Below, piece after piece: positions 1 to 7,509 of a stretch of 15,830 nucleotides of DNA. The position numbers were made by a program, and so were the translations under genes. Position 1 is the stretch's first letter; the number at the start of each line of letters is the position of its first letter. Under the pieces are notes generated by a model that was given only the letters and a program-made list of their open reading frames with translations, was not told where the DNA came from and searched no databases. Location of the stretch: NCBI GenBank assembly GCA_040752415.1, contig JBFMGU010000249.1, forward strand, positions 1 to 15,830, in the 5' to 3' direction. This DNA comes from Myxococcota bacterium. Its GTDB lineage: Bacteria > Myxococcota > JACRCW01.

Positions 1-220
1 CGAGCAAGCACTCCCTCGCGGCGCCGCGCCTCCCCCGCGGATCCCTCCTCAAGCCAAAGCCTGATGACGTGAGAACCCCTGGAATTGACGGGGAGAAACT
101 GCACGTCCGCCCGTCGTCCGCCTTGACATGGTTTGCGGCTTGGGGGTACCTACCGCGACCCTCGCAGCGGCGCGCGTAAGTGCGCCCTGGGCAACACAAA
201 AAAGACACGCGGAGGCCATC

Positions 221-1837
221 TTGGCCAACCCCCAGAGCTCCTCGACCTCCACCGCCGAGAAGGACAAGAAGAACGGCACCGGCGGCAAGAAGAACACCCA
301 GCTGCTTGCCGAGCTGGAGCAGATGGCCACCGCGCCACCGCCCGAGCACCGGGAGTCCCCCGGCAAGGCGTTGCTTCAGCTCGTGGTGTTCCTGGCGCTG
401 CTCGGTGGCGCGGGCGGCGCGTACTACGTCTACGCCAAGAGCGCGGGCGCCATCTTCGAGGCGCTGAAGGATAGCCGGGACATCCAGCGCCAGGATGACT
501 ACGAGAAGCTGAAGGAAGCCCACGGCAAGCTCAAGGCGGCCACCGCCATCAAGAGCGAGGGCCGGGTGGTGAGCCTGCTGGCGGAGACCAGCGTGCTGCT
601 CTGGTGCTTCCACGGCGACGAGAGCTTCAAGGAAGACGCCATCAAGTACACGGACGAGGCCGCCAGCGACGACGTGGCGCGCGCGGAGCGCTACAGCGCC
701 GAGGGCTACCGCATGGCCTGCGAGGGCAAGGCCGCGGAGGCCGAGGCGTACATGATGAAGACCATCCAGCGCGGCGCGGGCGACCCCCGCATCTTCCACG
801 CGCTGGGGTACGCGCTCTTGCAGCAGGGTCGGACGCAGGAGGCGCGGGAGGCGTTCAAGCAGGCCTCCGACAAGGGCGCCGGCAACCCCCGCTTCCCGGC
901 CTGGCTGGGTGAGGCGGAGGTCCGCCTGGGCAACTACTTTGACGCGCAGCAGCAGTTCAGCCGCGCGGTGAACATCAACGGCAGCCACACGCGTGCGCGC
1001 CTGGGCAAGGCGCTGGCCGAGGGGCTGGGTGGCGTTTCGCCGGAGAAGATCCTCAAGGACGTGGAGAAGCTCATCAAGGGTCCGCCGGAGCTCTCCCCCG
1101 GCGACAAGGCCTACGCCTCCTACGTGGCCGCGGAAGTGCTGGCCAAGGCCGGCGCGCTCTCCGCGGCGGAGAAGGCACTGGGCCAGCCCAAGGATGGTCC
1201 GGGTCACCTGCTGCGCGGTCGGATCCTGCTGCTGAAGGGCAAGGAAGCCGACGCCACCAAGGCCTTTGACGAGGCCATCAAGGTGGAGCCCGCGAACCCC
1301 AACAACTACTTCATCCCCGCCTCCATGCTCTCCGAGATGGACAAGGGTGACGCCGCGCTGGCCCGCGTGCAGGCCTACCAGAAGGCCAAGCTCACCGAGA
1401 CCCCGCACTACTTCGCGCACCTGGGTGATGCGCACCAGGCGCGCGGCAAGGTGGAAGAGGCCGCCGCCGCCTACAAGCAGGCGCTGGACAAGGACGAGAA
1501 CAACGTGCGCGCCATCATTGGCACCGCGCGACTGCTCGTCGAGAAGAAGAAGTGGGAGGAGGCGGGCCAGCTCTTTGAGAAGGTGACCACGCTGCAGCCC
1601 GACAACGGCGACCCCTGGTACTTCATGTGCGGCGCGTACATCGAGCAGAAGGACTTCAACTACGCCTCGCAGATGTGTGACAAGTCCGTGGAACTGTACA
1701 AGAAGCGCAATGCGGAGCCGCGCTACGTGGTGCGCGCCCTCAAGCGCGCCGCCAAGGCGTACGAGCTCAACAAGAACAAGGCGGAGAGCCAGAAGCGCGC
1801 CCAGGAGGCGGAGGCTCTGGAGAAGGCCGCCGGCTGA
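221..1837 (+). CDS. Membrane-anchored tetratricopeptide repeat (TPR) protein, about 538 aa
   Basis: Lies in ORF 128..1837. GGAGG at 211-215 followed 5 nt later by an in-frame TTG at 221 suggests the real start. One TM helix (LLQLVVFLALLGGAGGAYYVY) precedes many TPR-like units (IFHALGYALLQQGRTQEAREAFKQA; AHLGDAHQARGKVEEAAAAYKQALDKDENN; WYFMCGAYIEQKDFNYA). Strong GC bias at third codon positions. Confidence 0.88.
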   Translation: MANPQSSSTSTAEKDKKNGTGGKKNTQLLAELEQMATAPPPEHRESPGKALLQLVVFLALLGGAGGAYYVYAKSAGAIFEALKDSRDIQRQDDYEKLKEAHGKLKAATAIKSEGRVVSLLAETSVLLWCFHGDESFKEDAIKYTDEAASDDVARAERYSAEGYRMACEGKAAEAEAYMMKTIQRGAGDPRIFHALGYALLQQGRTQEAREAFKQASDKGAGNPRFPAWLGEAEVRLGNYFDAQQQFSRAVNINGSHTRARLGKALAEGLGGVSPEKILKDVEKLIKGPPELSPGDKAYASYVAAEVLAKAGALSAAEKALGQPKDGPGHLLRGRILLLKGKEADATKAFDEAIKVEPANPNNYFIPASMLSEMDKGDAALARVQAYQKAKLTETPHYFAHLGDAHQARGKVEEAAAAYKQALDKDENNVRAIIGTARLLVEKKKWEEAGQLFEKVTTLQPDNGDPWYFMCGAYIEQKDFNYASQMCDKSVELYKKRNAEPRYVVRALKRAAKAYELNKNKAESQKRAQEAEALEKAAG

Positions 1838-1840
1838 ACC

Positions 1841-1857
1841 TCACGCACCGTGCGTGA
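1841..1857 (+). terminator. Short perfect hairpin immediately after the TPR gene stop (possible terminator or 3' stabiliser)
   Basis: TCACGCA-CCG-TGCGTGA, a 7-bp stem 3 nt after the TGA. There is no U-tract, so function is uncertain. Confidence 0.35.
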
Positions 1858-1959
1858 CCCGCTCCGCGCTCTTCCTCAGCCGCGGGCTCTTCCTTCCACC
1901 GTTGTGAAGTGATTCCCACACCGCGGGGCTTGCGCCGTCCGTTGCGCTTCCCTGGCCTC

Positions 1960-2120
1960 GCCGCGACGTCGTCACCGACAAGAATGTCCGCGCCACAGGT
2001 GTTGGTGGCTCCGCGTGACCTCCCGGTGGACTCGTCGGTTTTGGGGACCGCTGCCTGGTCGCCGCGCGGCACCGCGTCAACCCGGTGGCGGGGACATTTC
2101 CGTCTGTGACGAGACGCGGC
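1960..2120. repeat. Long imperfect inverted repeat (arms about 45 nt), REP-doublet/MITE-like or structured RNA
   Basis: Left arm GCCGCGACGTCGTCACCGACAAGAATGTCCGCGCCACAGGTGTTG (1960-2004) aligns with the reverse complement of 2078-2120 (GCCGCGTCTCGTCACAGACGGAAATGTCCCCGCCACCGGGTTG). Confidence 0.7.
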
Positions 2121-2126
2121 CCAGCT

Positions 2127-2170
2127 GAAAGCAACAACGCCCGCCCCCGTGACGACGGAAGCGGGCGTTG
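2127..2170 (-). terminator. Intrinsic terminator of the atpZIBE operon
   Basis: Minus strand reads CAACGCCCGC-TTCCGT-CGTC-ACGGGG-GCGGGCGTTG then TTGCTTTC. This gives a 16-bp stem whose two G-U pairs form only on the minus strand, about 50 nt downstream of the atpE stop. Confidence 0.8.
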
Positions 2171-2223
2171 CAGCGTGATGCACCTTCGCGCGGAGGCTCA
2201 GCGCCTCTGTGCGGGAGTGCGGA

Positions 2224-2550
2224 TCACAGGCGGTTCTGCAGCAGGATGGCGATGATGAGCCCGTAGATCACCAGGGACTCGATGAGCGCCAGGCCGAGCA
2301 GCATGGGCGTGAAGATCTTGTCCGCCGCGTTGGGGTTGCGGCCAATGGACTCCAGGGCCGCCGCGGACGCACGCGCCTGACCGAGCGCGCCGCCGAGGGC
2401 GGGCAGGCCAATGGCCAGCGCCGCCGCAAACGCGTACCACGCCTTGTCGGAAGAGCCGCCGCCGCCCTGGCCACCCCAGCCCTGGGCGAAAGCCGCCGAC
2501 GTCACCAACGTGGTCAGCAGGAACGTTGCAAAGGAAACAATGCGCTTCAT
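2224..2550 (-). CDS. atpE: ATP synthase Fo subunit c with an N-terminal signal-peptide-like extension
   Basis: Two TM helices, polar loop IGRNPNA and ion-binding Glu in LALIESLVIY. GGAG SD 6 nt upstream of the ATG. Lies downstream of atpB. Confidence 0.97.
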   Translation of the reverse strand: MKRIVSFATFLLTTLVTSAAFAQGWGGQGGGGSSDKAWYAFAAALAIGLPALGGALGQARASAAALESIGRNPNAADKIFTPMLLGLALIESLVIYGLIIAILLQNRL

Positions 2551-2695
2551 GGTTCACTCCGAAAATGCCCCGCAGGGCGGTGTTGCTCCGTGAAGATGGA
2601 CCTGGTGTGCCGGCGTTTTCCCACTCTCTCTCTCTACGCCGCCCGTGCCGTCAGACCCGCTCCCACCCTCCTGGAGGTTGTTGAAGAGGTGAAGA

Positions 2696-3517
2696 TCAGT
2701 GCGCGTGCGCCGGCTTGCCGTGACCGTGCGCCTCGCCGTGGCCGTGCTCCTCGTGCTCCTCGTGGCCCTGCACCGCCAGCGCGATGTACACCGTCGAGAG
2801 GATGCAGAACACGGCGGTCTGGATGATGCAGACCAGGAACCCCAGCGCGTAGAACGGCAGCGGCACCAGGATGGGCACCAGGCCCGCGAAGCTGAAGAGC
2901 ACGGCGTGGTCGCCGATCATGTTGCCCATCAGACGCAGTGACAGGCTCAGCGGCCGCGCGAAGTGGCCCACGAGCTCGATGGGGAACATCAGCGGCGCCA
3001 GGAACCAGCCCCACCACGCACCGACGGGATTGGCCATGTGCGCAATGTGCCCGAAACCGTGCGTCCGCAGACCCTGGTAGTTGTAATACAGGAACACCAC
3101 GATGCCGCAGCCGGCGGTGGTGTTGAGGTTGTCCGTCGGGGGCGCCATGCCCGGGATGAGGCCAATGAGGTTGCTGAAGAAGATGTACAACGCCAGGCTG
3201 CCAATCAGCGGGAAGTAGCGACGCGCGTTCTTGGGGCCCATGATGTTGGACATCATCCCCATCACCAGCTCCACCACCATCTCGAAAAGCGCCACGATGC
3301 CAAAGCGGCTCGGCGGCACCACGGCCTGATTGGTGTTGGAGAAGTGACCGCGCACCATCAGCGCCATGATGAACAGCAGGATCACCACCACCGCTGTGGT
3401 GAAGACGTGGTGCACCAGGAAGTGCTGCGGGCCCACCAGCGGCTTGTAGTGGTTCAGGTATTCCTGCACGGACTGGTAGAGCGGCAGGAAGCTCCACCAT
3501 GTGGTGTGGTGATCCAT
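2696..3517 (-). CDS. atpB: ATP synthase Fo subunit a
   Basis: Motifs FFSNLIGLIPG, PTDNLNTT and RPLSLSLRLMGNM (essential Arg), plus IIQTAVFCILSTVYI. GAGGAG SD upstream. His-rich C-terminal tail. Confidence 0.97.
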   Translation of the reverse strand: MDHHTTWWSFLPLYQSVQEYLNHYKPLVGPQHFLVHHVFTTAVVVILLFIMALMVRGHFSNTNQAVVPPSRFGIVALFEMVVELVMGMMSNIMGPKNARRYFPLIGSLALYIFFSNLIGLIPGMAPPTDNLNTTAGCGIVVFLYYNYQGLRTHGFGHIAHMANPVGAWWGWFLAPLMFPIELVGHFARPLSLSLRLMGNMIGDHAVLFSFAGLVPILVPLPFYALGFLVCIIQTAVFCILSTVYIALAVQGHEEHEEHGHGEAHGHGKPAHAH

Positions 3518-3556
3518 GGGTCCTATCTCCTCACAACAAATGCCAAGATTCCGTCG

Positions 3557-4024
3557 TCACGACCGCTTGCGCGAAACCACGCTGTAGACGATTCCACTCA
3601 CCGCCGGGATGGACAGGCCAATCCCGAAGCCCAACGCCACCTCCGGCCACGTGCGCACAATGAGCGCGCTCACCACCGCCAACGCCAGGAACTTCAACGG
3701 CAGGATGACGGCGAAGATGGCCTTGCGCGGGTCACCAAAGACTATCCGCGCCAAGAGCACCTTGAGGCCCCACAGGTTCAACAGCATCACCACGCTGCCC
3801 GCGGCCATCCCTGCGGCAAAGTGCCGCGGCGCCACCACCGCCGAGATCACCACGGCCACCGCCGCCACCAACGCCGTCCAGCGCAGCAGCGCCCAGGCGT
3901 CCTTCTGACCCCGCTGGAAGCGCTCTTCCGCCTCCAGGCGCGCGTCTTCCGCTTCCTGGTCGAGCTCTTCCTGGCTCTTGGGGACGAATGGCGCGCGTCC
4001 GTTGGGTGAGGACATGGTGATCAT
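3557..4024 (-). CDS. atpI: ATP synthase subunit I (AtpI-like 4-TM membrane protein), about 155 aa
   Basis: C-terminal half of ORF 3557..4498. The ATG at 4024 overlaps the upstream TGA (ATGA coupling); an alternative ATG is at 4015. Four hydrophobic helices with G..V..LN and LKF motifs, directly upstream of atpB. Confidence 0.85.
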   Translation of the reverse strand: MITMSSPNGRAPFVPKSQEELDQEAEDARLEAEERFQRGQKDAWALLRWTALVAAVAVVISAVVAPRHFAAGMAAGSVVMLLNLWGLKVLLARIVFGDPRKAIFAVILPLKFLALAVVSALIVRTWPEVALGFGIGLSIPAVSGIVYSVVSRKRS

Positions 4025-4266
4025 CCGGGAGGTGGCTCTTTCTCGTCGGTCCTGGTGTTCTCGTCGGTGGAATTGCCCAGCTTGGTGGTGCGGGCGATGG
4101 TGACCAGCTCCTTGATGGCCGCGCCCACGCCGACCAACAAGCCCAACAACAACCCCCACGGCGCCGTTCCGAACCGCTTGTCCACCCACCAGCCGGCCCC
4201 AAGTCCCATCGCCGTGGCAATGATGATGAAGTAGCCCGCGCTGGCGGCGCGACCTGCCTGCATCAT
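4021..4266 (-). CDS. atpZ: AtpZ/AtpI-family small membrane protein (ATPase gene 1); start may be 4290 (ACG)
   Basis: Typical family motif GLGAGWWVDKRFGTAPWGLLLGLLVGVGAA. First gene of the atp Fo operon. Confidence 0.88.
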   Translation of the reverse strand: MMQAGRAASAGYFIIIATAMGLGAGWWVDKRFGTAPWGLLLGLLVGVGAAIKELVTIARTTKLGNSTDENTRTDEKEPPPG

Positions 4267-4324
4267 CTGCTTCCGACGCTGCGGTTCCGTCTGGACCTCC
4301 AGGCAGCCCGTTCAGGCGCGCGGC

Positions 4325-4354
4325 GGTGTAGCGGACCGCCAGCGGCGCGGTCAA
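4325..4354 (-). promoter_or_regulatory. Candidate sigma70-type promoter for the atp operon
   Basis: Minus strand TTGACC-N18-TACACC, about 25 nt upstream of the GGAGG at 4300-4296. The -10 box is imperfect. Confidence 0.35.
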
Positions 4355-4465
4355 CCCACTCCTCTCGCGCGCTCCACGACGTGCGGCACTCTGCCGCAGC
4401 ACCGGGTCGCGCCGCGGTCCGGCGGGCGTGGCGGAATTAGATTCACCGCGGAAATCCGGGCTGAA

Positions 4466-4493
4466 TTGACCGTGACAAATCGGTGGTGATACC
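4466..4493 (+). promoter_or_regulatory. Candidate sigma70-type promoter for fabD-fabG
   Basis: TTGACC-N16-GATACC in a locally AT-richer divergent intergenic region, about 40 nt upstream of the fabD ATG. Confidence 0.3.
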
Positions 4494-4533
4494 GGCACGC
4501 GCTCTTTGGGATTTGCGTCGGGAGGTGCTGGTC

Positions 4534-5481
4534 ATGGTCGGGGTTGCGTACCTGTTCCCGGGACAGGGTTCCCAGGCGGTGGGGATGGGCAAGGCGCTGT
4601 ATGAGCACAGTGCGCTGGCCCGTGAGGTCTTCCAGCAGGCGGACGACGCGCTGGGCTTCAAGATCTCCACGCTGTGCTTTGAGGGACCGGAGGCGGAGCT
4701 GCGTCGCACGGCGATCACCCAGCCGGCCATCCTGACGGTGAGCGTGGCCGCGTGGCGCGTGCTGGAGGCCGAGGTGGGGGCCAAGGCGGTGGCGGTCTGC
4801 GGTCACAGCCTGGGCGAGTACAGCGCGCTGGTGGCGACGGGATGCCTCTCGCTCACCGACGCGGTGAAGTCCGTCCACGCCCGCGGTCAGTTCATGCAGG
4901 AGGCCGTGCCGGAGGGCGAAGGCGCCATGGCCGCGGTGCTGGGCATGGAGGCGGCGCGCATCCAGGAGATCTGCGCCGCGCTGAGCAACCCCGACGCCAA
5001 GGAGCTGGTGGAGGTGGCCAACTACAACGGCCCCGACCAGACCGTGATTGCCGGCCACAAGGCGGGCGTGGAGAAGGCGGGCGCCGAGCTCAAGGCCAAG
5101 GGCGCCAAGCGCGTCATGCCGCTCCCGGTGAGCGCCCCCTTCCATTGCGCGCTCATGAAGCCGGTGCAGCCGCGTCTCACCGAGGTGCTGAAGAAGGCCA
5201 CGTTCTCCGCGCTGAAGGTGCCGTGCGTCAGCAACGTGGAGGCCGCGCCCAACCAGGACGGCGAGAAGGCCCGCGCGCTGCTGGTTGACCAGGTGGTCAA
5301 GAGCGTGCGCTTCACGGAGTGCGTGGCCGCGCTGAGCGCGCTGGGCGTGGACACCTTCGTGGAGCTGGGGCCAGGCAAGGTGCTGACCGGCATGGTCAAG
5401 CGCATCCAGAAGGACAGCAAGCTGCTCAACGTCGAGGATGTGAACTCACTGAATGCCGCGGTGGCCGCGCTCAAGGCGTGA
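4534..5481 (+). CDS. fabD: Malonyl-CoA:ACP transacylase
   Basis: FPGQGSQ, TQPAIL, catalytic GHSLGEY, VSAPFHC and ELGPGKVL motifs. GGAGG at 4521-4525 supports the ATG at 4534 rather than 4483. Confidence 0.97.
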   Translation: MVGVAYLFPGQGSQAVGMGKALYEHSALAREVFQQADDALGFKISTLCFEGPEAELRRTAITQPAILTVSVAAWRVLEAEVGAKAVAVCGHSLGEYSALVATGCLSLTDAVKSVHARGQFMQEAVPEGEGAMAAVLGMEAARIQEICAALSNPDAKELVEVANYNGPDQTVIAGHKAGVEKAGAELKAKGAKRVMPLPVSAPFHCALMKPVQPRLTEVLKKATFSALKVPCVSNVEAAPNQDGEKARALLVDQVVKSVRFTECVAALSALGVDTFVELGPGKVLTGMVKRIQKDSKLLNVEDVNSLNAAVAALKA

Positions 5482-5505
5482 CCGCGCTCGGAAAGGACAA
5501 CTGCC

Positions 5506-6255
5506 ATGTTGCTCAAGGACAAGGTTGCATTGGTGACGGGGGCGTCCCGCGGCATTGGTCGCGCCATTGCGGTGGAGCTGGCGCGCCAGGGCGCCAAGGT
5601 GGTGGTGAACTACCAGGGGAATGAGGCCGCCGCGCAGGAGACCGTCAAGCTGTGCGCCGCCGCCGGCGGGCCCGAGCCGATGATCAAGCGCTTTGACGTC
5701 AGCAACAGCGCCGAGGTCACCGCCGCGGTGAAGGAGATCGCCGAGGCGTGCGGCGGCAAGATCGACATCCTGGTCAACAACGCCGGCATCGCGCGGGACA
5801 TGCTGCTGTTGCGCTTCAAGGACGAGGACTGGGACGCCACCATCAAGACCAACCTGAGCGGCGCGTTCTACTGCTGCCGGGCGGTGGCCAAGTACATGAC
5901 CAAGGCACGGTGGGGCCGCATCATCAACGTCAGCAGCATCGTGGGGCAGACGGGGAACGCGGGCCAGGTGGCCTACGCCGCCACCAAGGCGGGCATCCTG
6001 GGCATCACCACCACGCTGGCGCGCGAGCTGGCCAGCCGCAACGTGACGGTGAACGCGGTGGCGCCGGGCTTCATCGAGACGGACATGACCGCCGCACTGC
6101 CGGAGCACCTCAAGCAGGCCGCGCAGGCCACCATCCCGCTGGGTGAGCTGGGCAAGCCGGAGGACGTGGCCCCCGCGGTGGCGTTCCTCTGCTCCGACGG
6201 TGCGCGCTACATCACCGGCCAGTGCCTGGCAGTGAACGGCGGCTTGTACATGTGA
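5506..6255 (+). CDS. fabG: 3-oxoacyl-ACP reductase
   Basis: SDR motifs TGASRGIG, NNAG, YAATK, VAPGFIETDMT and YITGQ..VNGG. Directly downstream of fabD, with an AAGGA SD. Confidence 0.96.
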   Translation: MLLKDKVALVTGASRGIGRAIAVELARQGAKVVVNYQGNEAAAQETVKLCAAAGGPEPMIKRFDVSNSAEVTAAVKEIAEACGGKIDILVNNAGIARDMLLLRFKDEDWDATIKTNLSGAFYCCRAVAKYMTKARWGRIINVSSIVGQTGNAGQVAYAATKAGILGITTTLARELASRNVTVNAVAPGFIETDMTAALPEHLKQAAQATIPLGELGKPEDVAPAVAFLCSDGARYITGQCLAVNGGLYM

Positions 6256-6256
6256 C

Positions 6257-7285
6257 TCAGCGGACGGTGACGCCGTCGTGGGCGCGCTCCTGGTGCTCTT
6301 CCGCGCGCGCCTGCGCCAGCGGCATCTCCTCCAGGAACGACAGCACATCCATCCACAGGCGGAAGCTGAAGCACAGCCCGCTGACGTGGCCCACGTCGTA
6401 GATGCGGAAGCGCGCCTTGAGGCCCTCCGCCAGCGCCTGGCTGCTCTCCACCGGCACCATCTTGTCGTGCTTGCCGGCGACGATGAGGATGTTCTCCCCC
6501 GCCACCACCGACGGGAACATGCCCGGACTGAAGGGCACCGCCAGCTGCTCCAGGTAGCTGTATTCCGGCACGGTGCCCCCGGCGAGGCTGAGCAGCCTGC
6601 GGTAGCGCTCCCCGATGGCGGTCTTGGCAAACGTGTCCAGGAACGACGCTGGCGGCACCACCAGCACCATGCGTGACACCTGGAACGCGCGACGCGGGTA
6701 GAACGGCGCCACCACGCTCATCATGGCGCTCAGGAAGCCCCCCAGGCTGGTGCCCAAGAGCACCACCGGCCCCCGCGGCTGCAGGCTCTCGACGAGCGCG
6801 CACAGCTCCAAGGCGGCGGCGCGGATGGCCCAGCCGGTGCGCGGCATGTCCCAGGTGGCGAACAGCTCACCGGACAAGGCGCCCGGCGGCGTGCGCTCGA
6901 AGTGATAGGGCGTGGGGTAGCCCACGACGTCCAGGCCCATGCGGTTGAGCGCGCGCACCAGCGGCAGGAAGCCGGTGAAGCTGGTGACCTTCCACGGCGG
7001 CGCAATCACCAGCGTGCCGCGACGCTGCTCCTCCGACGTGGGCCACCAGCGCAGTCGCAGGCGGTCATTGGGAGAGGGCAGGAACGTGGTGGGCGCCACG
7101 ACGTCAATGGTGCACGCGCGCTTGGGCCACACCACGCCCATGCGATTGGGCTCCGGGAGCACCTCGCCGAGGGGGAGCCGCGTGTCGATCTCCGGCGGGG
7201 GCACCCACTGCATGGGCAGCAGCTGCGTGCGGTCGGCGAGCACCAGGGCCAGGTTGTCCAGAGCCTCGTGGAGAACCGAAACCAT
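6257..7285 (-). CDS. Alpha/beta-hydrolase fold protein (ABHD18/DUF2048-like esterase or lipase), about 342 aa
   Basis: Nucleophile elbow GTSLGG, acid in AGKHDKMVP, His in DVGHVS, and a PYHFERTP motif. GGAGG at 7298-7294 supports the ATG at 7285 (ORF track start 7339). Confidence 0.8.
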   Translation of the reverse strand: MVSVLHEALDNLALVLADRTQLLPMQWVPPPEIDTRLPLGEVLPEPNRMGVVWPKRACTIDVVAPTTFLPSPNDRLRLRWWPTSEEQRRGTLVIAPPWKVTSFTGFLPLVRALNRMGLDVVGYPTPYHFERTPPGALSGELFATWDMPRTGWAIRAAALELCALVESLQPRGPVVLLGTSLGGFLSAMMSVVAPFYPRRAFQVSRMVLVVPPASFLDTFAKTAIGERYRRLLSLAGGTVPEYSYLEQLAVPFSPGMFPSVVAGENILIVAGKHDKMVPVESSQALAEGLKARFRIYDVGHVSGLCFSFRLWMDVLSFLEEMPLAQARAEEHQERAHDGVTVR

Positions 7286-7509
7286 CCGCACCGCCTCCGT
7301 CGTCGCGCCTCCGTCAGCAACGACGACCACACCGCCCATCCCTCACCGCCCGGGCGTTGCGGCATGCAGCGCCGCGCGGCGACACCTTCACGTCGAGAGT
7401 ATACACGTCTGGATCGTGAACGCATGCGGATCACCGCGTCAGACCGGGCTGAAATGCTCCCATCATCACGGGAGATGTGATGCGATGACGGCGGCTGGGG
7501 CAGCGCAGC

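Noticed and set aside
123..152. TTGACA promoter for the TPR gene
   Set aside because: The -35 is perfect but the -10 candidate (GTACCT/TACCTA) fits poorly. It is plausible but too weak to list.
1841..2183. Small ORFs in the TPR-atpE gap (1841..2137, 1909..2109, 1767..2183)
   Set aside because: They have no SD, no codon bias and no motifs. The region is better explained by hairpins and the inverted-repeat element.
4025..4498. N-terminal extension of ORF 3557..4498
   Set aside because: It overlaps atpZ in another frame and the promoter region. The ATGA coupling at 4024 gives a better start.
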